A DNA stretch of 63,737 nucleotides, the filler included, from Chrysochromulina tobinii (lineage: Eukaryota): NCBI GenBank assembly GCA_001275005.1. It is 6 parts of 6 records of this genome, joined end to end, with 100 filler letters (N's around TTAATTAATTAA, not from the genome) between each part and the next. Parts side by side here need not be neighbours in the genome. Positions count along the whole stretch, not along the records: positions 26,436 to 34,343 come from JWZX01000892.1; positions 34,444 to 37,809 come from JWZX01000893.1; positions 37,910 to 55,839 come from JWZX01000894.1; 3 more parts are not named here. The stretch is one strand, 5' to 3'. The position numbers and the translations under genes are program-made. Position 1 is the stretch's first letter; the number at the start of each line of letters is the position of its first letter. Shown in pieces: positions 31,615 through 43,376 of the stretch. The notes beneath the pieces were generated by a model. The model was given only the letters and a program-made list of their open reading frames with translations. It had not been told where the DNA came from and made no database searches.

Positions 31615-34343
31615 GCTTGCAGCGCGCGCCTCGTTTCTTCTAGATGTGCGCTGTTGTGATGCGTGACGCGACGAGTGTCGAGTGAGCGTGCACGTGGACA
31701 CGACATACTGTGAGGGACGTTCTGTCACATCATGTCTGATGTCATGTCTGTGATTGTGTTTCCGCACGGCAGCATCGCTCGTTGGAAATGTATGTTAGTA
31801 GTAAGAGACCATTCTGCATTCGAAGGGGAAAAAATCGAACGGAAAAATGCGGATGACGGCCAAGACGGGTTCGACACGGCGCGGCGGCGGATCATAACAC
31901 AACGTGGGCGATCCGATCACGCATCGTATCGGATTTTCAATTTCCGATGCGGTAACCGCGGTGAAACTAAGGTCGTCTAAAAACTACTTGTGTTTGTCAG
32001 GTGTGGATATGAGGCTCGTCAGAGGTGTGAGCTGTCTGTATGTGTGCCCGCCACGGTCCACACGCCAGTCAGGCGAGGTGGTTGCACGGGTTCAGACCCG
32101 GGGTTGACCCGGGGAATGGCGACTTCTGAACCGTGTCTTTAGTGTCTGTGAGCGCGGTACGCGTTGCACGTCGCGAGCATAAGAATGAAGCGAGTGTGGC
32201 GTGTGCGAGGCTCCGAGGCACGTATGTGAGATTGCGTTGTTCGTGTTGGTGTGTTGTGAATGAGGCACATGCAGAGCTCCTCGGGTGATTGCCCCTTGGA
32301 GGAGAGAGCTTGAGTGGTTCCCTGTCTCGAATCCGGCTCTATGCCGGGTCGTTGACATGCGCGAGGACGGACGGAGCCAGCGTCTCTTCAGGGGGCGGCT
32401 ATTAAACTTCTAATGGCTGCCCCCTGGCGCGCCCATCTGGGGGTTCACCGCCCATGTCGGCGGGCGCGCTCCCTCCCGAGTTCATATTTGGGTCTCGCCA
32501 AAGGGGGTCTCGCCGATCTTCTCTTATAGGCTGTTTCTCGGCTCTCTGCCTGCATGTGTCTCCCTTCGGGGCCTTGTTTTGGGGTTTTTGTATTGTCTTC
32601 TCTTCTGGGCTTTGTACGTGTTGTGTGTATTAACATGAATGATTGTTTTCATATGAATGAATTGAGGGCATTGATGCTGGTGGAAGGATAAAAGCCACGG
32701 GAAAAAAGCCAAAGTTGACTTTTGGACGGTGCTGGTGGAGCTTTTAGTGAGGCTTTTAGTGGCTTTCCCTACAGCCGCGCGAGGCTTTTAGTTCCTCCTT
32801 CACGGCTTTTTCACGACCATTCGAGCGGCTTTTAGTGCGCTTCCTCATGGCCGTCTGCGCCCTTCATGGCCACCAGAACGGCAGGAGCCAAGGACAGCAA
32901 GCAAGCGGCCTGTCCCCGTTGAACGAGCCACCGTCCTGCCGTGCTCGCTCGCCTTGAACAATCCACCCATCGCTGACACAGCGTGCTTCCGAAACCCGTG
33001 TGCAGGCTCAGAGCAACAGCACGGCCCGGAGGCGGTCGCCGGGATGAGAAGGGCGGTGGTCAAGCGGCAGCGGCGGCCTTGATTACGAGCGCCTAGGTGC
33101 TGCCATGGCGGCTGGCAGGTGCTCAGCGGGCCACCTTGCCCCGGCAGGTCGTTTGGCGGCTGCGACCGCGGTTGGTCAGCGGGCCGTTCAGAGGCACGCG
33201 GCGCGATCTTCGCGCGTCGTCTTGACGCATCGCACGGTCCCCGCGCTTGCATCACGCAAGCGCAAGACAGCCGTGGCCGAGCCGAGGCGGCCAACATGGC
33301 AGCCGGCGAGCCTCCAGCGCAGCGGCGATAATCGGTAGAGGATAGGCCGCATGCGCACGCAGGGCTGCGTCGCCATGGGATACCCGCAGGTCCGCTCGAG
33401 TGCACGTCGACGAGTTCACTCACTCAACCCATACGCATGTCCCATTGGCCGATCACATGCACCTCGACCGTAATGCGGTCGTGATCGGTGATCAGCAAAT
33501 GGTTCAGCTTTGCGTCCGCGGGTGTCGATAGTGTGAGCGAGGTAAGAGTTTTAGTCATTAGTGTTACTATGATCGAACGCTCGATCATAAGCGAGGACGT
33601 TCGAGGACGGTCACACTCTCTGAAGAGTATTTAAGTAGTTCGACTAATAAACGAACGCTCAATCAAAAATGAAGGTAAAATGAAGGACGATCTACGAAAC
33701 AATAGAGGGGGCCCCTGTTACAGGTTTGACGTCGAAGCGGCAATGTCTCTGGGCTCGGATCACGCGCATATCCCCAGAGGCTGCTGCGACCCCGCACGAT
33801 GAGCACGCATGTATGTGCGCGCAAACGCGTTCGCGTTCGCGTGCGCGCTGCGCTACGCGCGTGAATGGCCTCTGCAAGGCTAGGGTGGACCATTAACAGG
33901 GGGGTTTTCAAAACTGCCACATAACAGTTTCAAAACTGCCTGGTAGATAACTGGTTGAGAAACGTTGAGTTTTGGGGCTGGGTGTTACGACGTCTTACAT
34001 CCCAGATACTGCCAGATAATACCCAGATAACTGGCAATCATCTGGGCGTGTTCGCACGTGTCTGCGGAAACTTGATTCGGCAGGCGCGCGTGACGACCTG
34101 AGCGGCCCCTCGATCAGCCCTGAAGGAAAGGAACACTCGAAACTTCCAAATCGATGATTTTCTATTTATTTCTCGCGCACTCGCATGAAGAAAAAGCGCG
34201 GTTGACCGAAAAGCAAGAACGATGCGCTGCCGTCGCCGCCGAAGCTGGAGGGCATGGGCAAAGCGCACACCTACGAGCGCCTTCGACCCGGCGGCCGGCA
34301 AGGACATCTATAAGCCGGGAAAAATCATTTGGCCAGCGCCCAG

Positions 34344-34443
34344 NNNNNNNNNNNNNNNNNNNNNNNNNNNNNNNNNNNNNNNNNNNNTTAATTAATTAAN
34401 NNNNNNNNNNNNNNNNNNNNNNNNNNNNNNNNNNNNNNNNNNN
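34344..34443. other. Artificial contig-joining spacer
   Basis: N44-TTAATTAATTAA-N44. Confidence 0.98.
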
Positions 34444-37020
34444 TCGCCTCAAGCGCCTCGCGCACCAGCGGCTCCGCCTCGTCAAGCTTGCCCTGGTCCT
34501 GCAGCAGCGTCCCAAGATTGTTGATGGAGCCGAGCGTGTCAGGGTGCCGATCGCCGAGCGTCGCACGCTGCACCTCGAGCGCCTCGCGCACCAGCGGCTC
34601 CGCCTCGTCAAGCTTGCCCTGGGCCAGCAGCAGCGTCCCGAGATTGTGGATGGAGCCGAGCGTGTCAGGGTGCCGATCGCCGAGCGTCGCACGCCTCACC
34701 TCGAACGCCTTGCGCTTCAGCGGCTCCGCCTCGTCAAGCTTGCCCTGGGCCTGCAGCAGCGTCCCCAGATTGCCAATGGAGGCAAGCGTGTGAGGGTGCC
34801 GATTGCCGAGCGTCGCACGCATCGCCTCGAGCGCCTCGCGCAGCAGCGGCTCCGCCTCGTCACGCTTGCCCTGAACCTTCAGCAGAGTCCCCAGATTATT
34901 AATAGAGCTGAGCGTGACAGGGTGGCGACCGCCGAGCAACGCACGCCTCGCCTCGAGCGCCTCGCGCAGCAGCGGCTCCGCCTTGTCGAGCTTGCCCTGG
35001 TCCTGCAGCAGATTCCCCAGATTGTTGATGGTGGCGAGCGTGTGAGGGTGCCGATCGCCGAGCGTCGCACGCATCGCCTCGAGCGCCTCGCGCACCAGCG
35101 GCTCCGCCTCGTCAAGCTTGCCCTGGTCCTTCAGCAGCAACCCCAGATTGTGGATGGAGCCGAGCGTGTCAGGGTGCCGATCGCCGAGCGTCGCACGCTG
35201 CACCTCGAGCGCCTGGCGCAGCAGCGGCTCCGCCTCGTCATGCTTGCCCTGAACCTTCAGCAGATTCCCCAGATTGTTGATGGAAGCGAGCGTGTCAGGG
35301 TGCCAATCGCCGAGCGTGGCACGCTGCACCTCGAGCGCCTCGCGAAAAAGCGGCTCCGCCTCGTCGAGCTTGCCCTGGTCTTTGAGCAGCGACCCCAGGC
35401 GATTCTGCATCAGCGACGTCGCCCGCTCGTCGCGTGGCATGCGCGCCAGCGCCGCGCGGCCCTCCGCCGCGAGCCACTCGCGCAGCGCCTCCGAGAGCCG
35501 CGCATCCAGCTCCGTGTGACCGCCTTTTAGTGTGCGATCGATCGCCGCGTGCACCATCGCCTGATCCTCCCGCGTGAAGCACTCGGCCGAGCGCGAGTCT
35601 ATGCGTGCCACGCTCGCCGCGATCACGTCAAACTCACCCACCAGCGCCGCCTGAAAGTCGTCCGACTCCGCCGGCGGCAGCCGCACCCTCAGCGCCGACG
35701 ACGCGGCGCCCTTTGTTCCTTGCGCCGTCAGAGTGCACAGCACCTACCAGAGCATCCACGCGCGCCGAAGTGGCACCGCGTCCCGCCATGGCGCGAAGAC
35801 GAGGCACGTGTGCCCGATCGCGGCCGTCGTGAGCTGGAAGACGACGTCCCAGTTGCAAGGCCGTTGCGCCGTGCCCACGTCGCCGATCCAGTGCTGGTAC
35901 TGCGAAAAGATGTCGAGGTACTTGCGCGCGTGCGAGACGAAGATGGTCGGTGCGGCGGCCAACGGCACTCCTGTCACGGGGTCGGCCGCCCCCAAGCGGA
36001 CGAGGCACGCGGCCAGCGAGTCCCCTGCTGTCTCGGTGAGCGGCTTGCACACGCGCTCGCACACGTCCTCAGTCGTGGCATCGACGAGCAGCGCCTCGTG
36101 TGCCCGAGCGAAAGCGCGCAGGCACGCGACCGACACGCCGAGAAACGGCCAGTTGGGCAGCGCACCGATGGCCGCAGCAGACACCTTGCACTCTTTCGGC
36201 GCATCGCCGTCGCCGAGCCGCTCGAGGCGGACGCGCCACCGCCCGTCGGAAGATCCCAGCTTCTCGAGGAGGGTGACACCCTGTATGTGACAAAGAAGAG
36301 AGGGGCGCGGCGCACGGTCAGCGCATATTGAATGCTGGTGTCCATGAAGGCAGCGATGACACTCGACTTGAGTCCACGCACCTGGCCGTTGAGCTCCGGC
36401 GCGTCCTGCAGGCCAAACAGCGCCGCCGGGTCGCCTGCCGAGAGCGCCCTCCGAGCTGCCTTCGCATCCTCGCTCACGGGCTCGAGCGACCCGATCCCGA
36501 GCCAGTCGGCCTTGCGCGCCGCTAGCCGCAGCGGCGCCAGGCGCACCGCCTTCATCCACATGTCGCGGCCCACCCTCCACGAGAATGTGACATCGGATGC
36601 TGGCACATTCATCTCCTCCACTGGCTGCTGGTCGCCGCCAGTCCTGGCTCGAACGACCCACTCACCCGGCCGGCCCTCGCGCAGAAGGTCGCCCTCCAGG
36701 CCGACACCGGCGACGGTGGCGACGACAGGATCGCCCGGCCGCAGCGGCTGTTGACGCCGCCGATCCACCACGACGTGGACGAGCGAGGTCACGCCGTCGG
36801 ACGCGAGGACGTCGAAGCCATCCTCGGTCGCCTCAACGAGTGTCGCATCGAGCGGCACGCCGGGCAGGTACTCTTCCATGTCCTTTGCAGCCATGTAGGT
36901 GCGGCTCCACTCGTATGGCGGGGCGATTGCGAGGTGCCGCGTCGGGCAAGGACGGTCGGTGGGCACGTGCGCCGTCGTGATGGCGTTAAGCAGCGCGCGT
37001 TCCGCGAGGGAGTCCTCCAT
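34444..37020 (-). pseudogene. HET/TIR-like domain + 42-aa TPR array gene (kinesin-light-chain-like TPRs) with in-frame TAG at 35746-35744; intron 36281-36381; 3' end cut by contig end
   Basis: Exon 1 ends LQDAPELNGQ|GT and exon 2 starts AG|GVTLLEK in phase 0. Domain motifs IFVSHA, LDIFSQYQH, IGHTCLVFAPW and PLRRAWMLW*VL. Then about 7.5 repeats of NNLG.LL.DQGKLDEAEPL.REALE..RATLGDRHPDTL.SI. Confidence 0.75.
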
Positions 37021-37809
37021 CTTGCGAGCGAGAGTTTCTTCCGTGATCGCACCGTGCGATTTTACCGGTGTATAACTTCCCTACTGCGGATGTGAACGTT
37101 AAACACGACAGACGCGACAGCCGGTGCTCAAGTACAAATAGCTTGGAAAGGGGTGGGGGAGTACGTTCCCGCGCTCACGCGTGCGTTGCCTTGGGCCGGT
37201 GTGTGGCCTTCGGTCGGCCGAAGATGAGCGTCTGGGGACACGCTGGTGCACGGAGCGCGCCTGCCAAAGTTGCATGCATTTCATTCACCACATCCCTTTT
37301 TTGGTACCTATTTGAAGGATCGGTTTCGATTTTTCTGTTCTAGACGCCGTCGGCGTCACCTTTGTCTGCACTCGTGCCCACGCTCGGCACGGCAACGCGC
37401 TTGTTGGCGACCGGAGCGGTGCCCGGTGCGACGTCCGTGCACCACCCAAGACAGCGGCCGGGAAACCCGGGACCGCGGCTCTGCCTCATCGAGACGCGCT
37501 GCTACGTCGCAGCGCATGCTCGAGGCCATAACTTCGAATTTGGGGCTCCAGTCAAGCGCCAACTCGTTCAGGGTGTGGGCACGACGAGCTCAGCGTCGCA
37601 GTTCCCCCGCGCTCACCACAAACGCGCACACTGGAGCCCCAAGCACGGGGGCCTCTATTGCAATGGACGGAGGTGTGACCGACACGCGGTCCACGTCGTT
37701 GTTTTTGTCGTCGTGCATTCCGACGTGTTGCATGCCGGGGTGAAACCAAGCGCGTCGCTTTCCGACAAATGAGTGAATGCGGGTCGTTAGTAAAGCCTAC
37801 ACACGTTAC

Positions 37810-37909
37810 NNNNNNNNNNNNNNNNNNNNNNNNNNNNNNNNNNNNNNNNNNNNTTAATTAATTAANNNNNNNNNNNNNNNNNNNNNNNNNNNNNNNNNNN
37901 NNNNNNNNN
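37810..37909. other. Artificial contig-joining spacer
   Basis: N44-TTAATTAATTAA-N44. Confidence 0.98.
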
Positions 37910-40023
37910 GCCAGCAGGCGCTGCTCTCAGCTGTGTCGGCGTTCCGCGGCGACGGTATGCGCAAGGCGTGGAACGGCTGGCTGGGCTTGCTGCACGAGGA
38001 GACGATGTCGAAGAAGGCGCTGCTGTACGTTGCGAACCGTGAGATGGCGCGTGGCTGGGTGAGCTGGCACATGCGATTGGCTGAGCGAGCGTCGATGCGC
38101 AAGAGCTTGGTCTACCTGCTCAACCGTGAGCTCTCTCAAGCGTTGGGCGCGTGGGCAGAGATGGCCGTAGAGCGCGCCGAGCTGATGCGCAAGTTTTGCA
38201 AGGGTGCGGCCTTCATCATCAATCGGGAGCTCTCTCGAAGCTGGTTGACGTGGTATCTGACGTCGGTGGAGCTCGCGCGCAAGGAGGCGGTGCTACGGCG
38301 TGGTCTGAGATACCTGCTCAGCTGTGGTCTGACCCGCGGCTTAAGCGCATGGTCCGAGATGGCGGCTGAGCGCTCTTCAATCCTCCAGACGCTGCGCAAG
38401 GTTGTGAACAGGCTCGCCAACAATAAGCTGGAGCTCTGCTTTGTTCGCTGGCTCACCAGGCTAACGGTGCAGACGCTCGCGACGATGCTCATGAGTTTGG
38501 GGCACATGCTCAACCGCGACGTATCGCGCGCCTTTAGCGCGTGGTCCGAGATGGCGATGGTGGCTCGTGACGAACAAGTGACGCTCGGTACGTCCAGTAC
38601 CCCCGTTCAACGCAAGAAGCTCGATGCGTCGCAATCCAAGGGCGTCTCTCGCCTCTCTCGGTCAAGGTCGTACGTCAAGCGCAAGTACAAAGTTATTGGC
38701 CAAGTACTCTCGTTCTCGAAGTTCAACCTTGCCAGGGCATTGGGGTCTGCGCTCGAGGTCGTCGACGATGAGGTGCTCGACAGTGGCGCCAAAGCCACAA
38801 AGTCTCCGAAAGGCACGCGTGTGTTGACGTCCTTTGCGTTGCGCATCAAGGTCCCCATCACCGTCGAGCTGGAGCGCTTCTCGCTCACCGACGTGCAGCT
38901 TCTCGGAGGGCTGAGACACCACCAAACAGAAGCGGGGACGCCCAAGCCAATCGCACGCAGAACGTCGAGCGACACCAGCCCCTTGAGCGACACGTCCCCC
39001 GCGTCCCCCACACAATCACTGCCCGTCATCCACGTGGCCGCGCGGTACGAGGCTGTGTACGAAAGCACCGACTGCGGAAACAAGGTCTTCGTCGCCTCCA
39101 TCGCTCTCAAGCCGCCACTCTATCCTGGCGCCGAGCTCACGGCGCTTGTGCCACCCACTGGGCGACGCATTGCCTTCATCGTGCCTGCCAGCGTGCCGGC
39201 GGTGGCTGCTGCGCCGGCGGCGGGTGCACGCGCTCCGCCGGCGGCGGAGCCGAAGCATGCGGATAGCGTCGGGGAAGCAAGGGGATATGTTGGTGAGGAC
39301 TCAAGACGGTGTTCTGTCAGAGTGGAGATGCGCGCTGAAGAAGCGAAGCCGAAGGGCGTCTCCAACAGCAACGAGCCAGCAGCGGTCCAATATCTGCGGT
39401 CCAATATCAGCGAGCTGAGCGGCTTCTTGCATCAGGAGGGCGGCGCGGGCGGCAACGTGCACGATGAGAGGAGTTTCGCGGCGACGGCGGTTTCGGCGGC
39501 GGCGGTGGTTGCAGTGGCACCGGCAGCGCTTCAGTCGGCTGCATGGAGTGCGCCGCCTGCTGCCTTGGGTGGCGTGACGGTGGCAGCGAGGGCGTTCTCG
39601 AGGGCGACGGCGGCGGCGGCGAGGGTGGAGGCGGCGAGGGCGGAGGTGGCGAAGGCGGAGGCGGCGAAGGCGGAGGCGGCGATGGCGGAGGTGGCGAGGG
39701 TGGACGCGATGGGGGTGGCGGCGATTGCGGTGGTGGCGAAGGTGGCGGCGAGTGTGGTGTCGAGGGCGGAGGTGGCGAGGGCGGCGGTGGCACCTGCGCA
39801 ACTTGACGCAGCGGTAGCGAGCGCGGCTGCTACCACACCAACCATAGCAGCGCCAGCTTGCGCCGCTATTCGACGTGCGCGTATGCATCGCGACAACAGC
39901 CCCACTGCCATGGGACGCTGCAGCTCAGCATCTCCGACCCCACGAGCAGTAGCCATGGACTACATCACCAAATTAGAGCAGGAGTGCAGCGGCGAGGATC
40001 AAGCAGACAACCTTTGGATTTGA
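37910..40023 (+). CDS. 5'-partial protein with Trp-periodic Sfi1-like helical repeats and low-complexity C-terminus
   Basis: Repeats of about 30-33 aa: NRE(M/L)(A/S)R(G/S/A)W..W, LTRGLSAWSEM, DVSRAFSAWSEM. The frame is open from the contig edge. Confidence 0.55.
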
Positions 40024-40331
40024 AAAAGATCCGGAGGTGAATTGCTCGCGCTGATCGGCATGACCGAAATCAGTGTGGGTCTCCGATTTTGCAGGCCGAG
40101 AGTCCTTGACCTGGTTGTCGTGCCAGGTATTTAGCGTTATGGCCGGTTGACCGTCATGACTCTTGAGACGCTGTGCGCCTGCCGCGCATTCCGAGGACAC
40201 CAGCCAATACTTCATCAAGCTAGACCGTGACTCCCAGTTCGAGGTGAAAATGACGTAACGGGAAAAGCTGCTAATTATAGATACATGCACAGAAAAACAA
40301 CGGATGCTCAAACGCTGGACGGGCACTCTGC

Positions 40332-40727
40332 ATGATAATGCAAATCTTTCTGCCCTGTGCATTGCTCCTCAGTTCCTTACAGCTTGTCGCGCCGAATACG
40401 CCCGTAACGCCTCCGCCGCCCGTCCCACCCCCGCCCTCGCCGCCGCCTCCGGTGCCTTCGCCGCCATCGCCGCCGCCGCCAGAGCCCCCGCAATCGCCGC
40501 CAGCTCCGGTGCCACCATCTCCATCTCCAAGGCCTCCCTCGCACAAGTCCCCGCCACCCACGCCGCGCCTACCGCCCTCGCCGTCACGACCGCCCCCCCC
40601 CCAGCCACCCAACCTGCTCGATTTGGGGCTGGACGCCAAGCGCGTCGGCATGTTCGTGGTCAAAGGCGTGGTCAGAGGCGCGTACGAGTTTGTGAATCCG
40701 GAGCACGTCGCAACGGACTTAATCTAG
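40332..40727 (+). CDS. Short secreted proline-rich (SPPP, extensin-like) protein, possibly truncated or a pseudogene
   Basis: Signal-peptide-like MQIFLPCALLLSSLQLVA followed by PPPSPPPP repeats; early stop. Confidence 0.45.
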   Translation: MIMQIFLPCALLLSSLQLVAPNTPVTPPPPVPPPPSPPPPVPSPPSPPPPEPPQSPPAPVPPSPSPRPPSHKSPPPTPRLPPSPSRPPPPQPPNLLDLGLDAKRVGMFVVKGVVRGAYEFVNPEHVATDLI

Positions 40728-40974
40728 CACGTAGCAGCGCACGATAAATACCGGGCTCGCAGTCTGCTTGATACCAAGTGTATTGCATGTCCTTACCAGT
40801 AGGTTTGGGGAAGGTCACCGAGTGTCGTGTACGGTGTACTGCCACGCTGCGCGAGATTTTGACCTTGGGGGAGGGTTTCAACACTCCGAGGTAGTTACCG
40901 CTATGGCGTGTTTAAACATAAGTTGTATCCCGGCGACCCCCCGAGTTTTATCCCCGTTTCATCGATGGCACGTG

Positions 40975-41150
40975 CCCCCCTGGTTTCGTCATCTTCACTG
41001 GTTTCGTCATCTTCACAGAGCCCCCTGGTTTCGTCATCTTCACAGAGCCCCCCTGGTTTCGTCATCTTCATAGAGCCCCCTGGTTTCGTCATGACGTCAT
41101 CTTCACAGAGCCCCCCTGGTTTCGTCATCTTCACTGGATTCGTCATCGAG
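40975..41150. repeat. Tandem array of about 27-bp units (ccccctggtttcgtcatcttcacagag)
   Basis: Six to seven copies of ctggtttcgtcatcttca with length variants. Confidence 0.92.
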
Positions 41151-42719
41151 CTCATCCTCGATCTTGACACAGTACGACCTCTCCACTCCGCTGATGGGGT
41201 TGTGAAGGGGGCTGCCAGTGTCGTCACTCCACACCCCATCGAAAAACAGATCGTCCGCTACATCTCGAACCGCGGCATCGGCCTGCTGCGCCTGCTGCGC
41301 CTGCTGAATTCTCCACGGGTGGCCTGTGCCGGCTGTGACGAGCATGGCTGGCATGAGCGACGCAGGCGGTACAGGTAACTCCGCCTGCATGGGCTTGGGC
41401 GGAGACGCCGGCATGAGGGGCGCGCCCACCATGGCGCCCAAACTAGAAGAAGACGCGCCCATTGATGGCGTGGAGCTCTCCTTTTCGCTCGCATCGTCGA
41501 GCTCCCAGAGAGATGGCGGGCGCCCAGGGGTGATCGGTTCGAAGCACTCGTAGTCGATCATGAGCTCCGCGTTCAGGGCGATTTCGAGCTGCGCGGGTGT
41601 GGGCATGAGACTCGTCACCCCGGCGCCCATGCCAGAGTGGGACGCGCCCGCGCTAGAGGACAGCTCGGACGCGCCCGCGCACTCCGTGGCCTCCAGGCAT
41701 TGGCGTTTGCCCTGAGATCTCGGGTCGGAGCTTCGTGCGTGCGCCCTCGCAACATCAGGGTTGAATCCATCGATGAGGCTCTCAAAGCCACACACAAAAT
41801 CAAAATCATCGGACACGAATTCTTTCGCACGCCACGCCTTGAAATCCGGCAACTCTATCTTGTCCCACTTCTTGGTTAAGATCGTCCGCGCATACTTCGT
41901 CAACTTAGTGAGCTTGCTTCCTACCGGGTCGGGCTTCTCCTGCTCCGAGAAGCCGCACTGCACTGCGGTGTGACGCCACAGCGCCTGGACTGTTGAGTTG
42001 CTACCGTGAGCCCTCGGCCTGCCGCCACCAATGATGTGAGGGTTCTCTTTCGCGTACACCAGTGCGACTGCCACTTCGAAACGAACCTCGTCTCGAACCT
42101 CGTCTCGAGCCTCGTCTCGAACCTTGCGCTTGATCTCGGAAGTCAAGTCGCCACCCTCGCAAAGACCCCAAACAGGCGCCGTCTTTGCGAAGGTGAAGGT
42201 GAAGCCAGCCCCCCCACCGGCCTGAAATCTGTGGCGGCGCACGAGCTGGAGGGCCTTGTCGGCATCGGGGGCGAGGAAGAGCATGTCCGTGTCCGCGTCC
42301 GTGGGATGGGGGGTGAGGACGATGCCCTCCTCGTCGTTGACGATTCGAGCGACAACGTCGGGGGCAACACGACCCTTGCCCCCGACGAGGCACGCGATAC
42401 ATGCGCCCGCGCGTGAGACGCCCATGACGACGCCCTGCACGCGGATACCATCGCTGAGAAGGTAATTTAATATGTCCTCCGAGGCGGTAACGGAGAAGAC
42501 CGCCGCTGGGCGGTCTGGGAGCGTAACAACAAGCTTGAAGTCGAGCCCCAGCGACGCGAGTGCCGACGCCACGATGTCCAACTCACCAAGAGGGCTCGCG
42601 CACAACGCCGACACGACGACCAGCGTCTTTGTGGTAGCCTCGGGAGCGGGCGCGGATATGTCGGGTTGGCCTGCGTCCCATTCAAAAGTAAGCGGATAAG
42701 TCCAGTTTGAAAATTGCAT
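41103..42719 (-). CDS. Hypothetical intronless protein (about 540 aa from MQFSNW; ORF open to 43118)
   Basis: Long ORF with globular-looking segments and no motif I recognise; its C-terminus runs into the 27-bp array. Confidence 0.5.
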   Translation of the reverse strand: MQFSNWTYPLTFEWDAGQPDISAPAPEATTKTLVVVSALCASPLGELDIVASALASLGLDFKLVVTLPDRPAAVFSVTASEDILNYLLSDGIRVQGVVMGVSRAGACIACLVGGKGRVAPDVVARIVNDEEGIVLTPHPTDADTDMLFLAPDADKALQLVRRHRFQAGGGAGFTFTFAKTAPVWGLCEGGDLTSEIKRKVRDEARDEVRDEVRFEVAVALVYAKENPHIIGGGRPRAHGSNSTVQALWRHTAVQCGFSEQEKPDPVGSKLTKLTKYARTILTKKWDKIELPDFKAWRAKEFVSDDFDFVCGFESLIDGFNPDVARAHARSSDPRSQGKRQCLEATECAGASELSSSAGASHSGMGAGVTSLMPTPAQLEIALNAELMIDYECFEPITPGRPPSLWELDDASEKESSTPSMGASSSSLGAMVGAPLMPASPPKPMQAELPVPPASLMPAMLVTAGTGHPWRIQQAQQAQQADAAVRDVADDLFFDGVWSDDTGSPLHNPISGVERSYCVKIEDELDDESSEDDETRGAL

Positions 42720-43376
42720 TTGGATAGGTTCTTCGGGTAACGCTGGTGGTGCCTTTGGTGCTTGCTCGCTTCTGTGAGAGTGGGAAGGCGAACGTCTGGT
42801 GATTGGGGGAAAGAGAGACGCGATACGGATGGCAAGGCGTCGCACCCGCCGTGCACGCGCGTGGGATTGGTGCTCGTGTGCGAGTGGAAGTTGGAGGTGC
42901 GGTGCCTTGGGCAGCTGGGCTGGAGTGGTTCGCGCGCGCTTGCGACCCACTTCCGCGCTGGCGGGATTCCGGTTAGAAGTTGCCAAGGCAGGGGTGCAGG
43001 GGAGGCGTGTGCGGGTGCGCGGGTCAATTCGCTCGGAATAGCTGGTGTTGGGCTCGGGGGCGAGTTGGGTTCTGGCGAGGGCATTGCGCACATGAGTTTC
43101 GGGCGTGAGGCTTCTCAAGTTTATAGGCGTGCTACTACAGGTTGGAAGTCAAACTCCAAAAATGAAATCATCTTCGAACACTGTTTTGACGCTTATGACC
43201 GGACAATGCGGCCGCGCAGCCCGCACGCACGCAGCTGAACGCCGCACTAACCCAGATGATCACCGCTCTGAGCTCCTGAGCTCTGTCGGCGTCGGAGGGG
43301 GCGCGTCTAGACGCTTCTCTGAGTTGGTCAAACCGGCGACATCCTGGTCGGCCGGCTGCTGATCATCCGTATTGCC

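Noticed and set aside
32845..33423. 192-aa ORF in the gene-free region
   Set aside because: No domain motif or convincing coding-like composition; probably non-coding or transposon-derived.
35744..35746. Genome-wide TAG reassignment as an explanation for the in-frame stop
   Set aside because: Other genes here end at TAG at sensible positions (5059, 20052, 46256), so TAG is a normal stop.
40975..41150. Repeat array resembling a CRISPR
   Set aside because: Units are head-to-tail with no unique spacers, there are no cas genes, and the context is eukaryotic.
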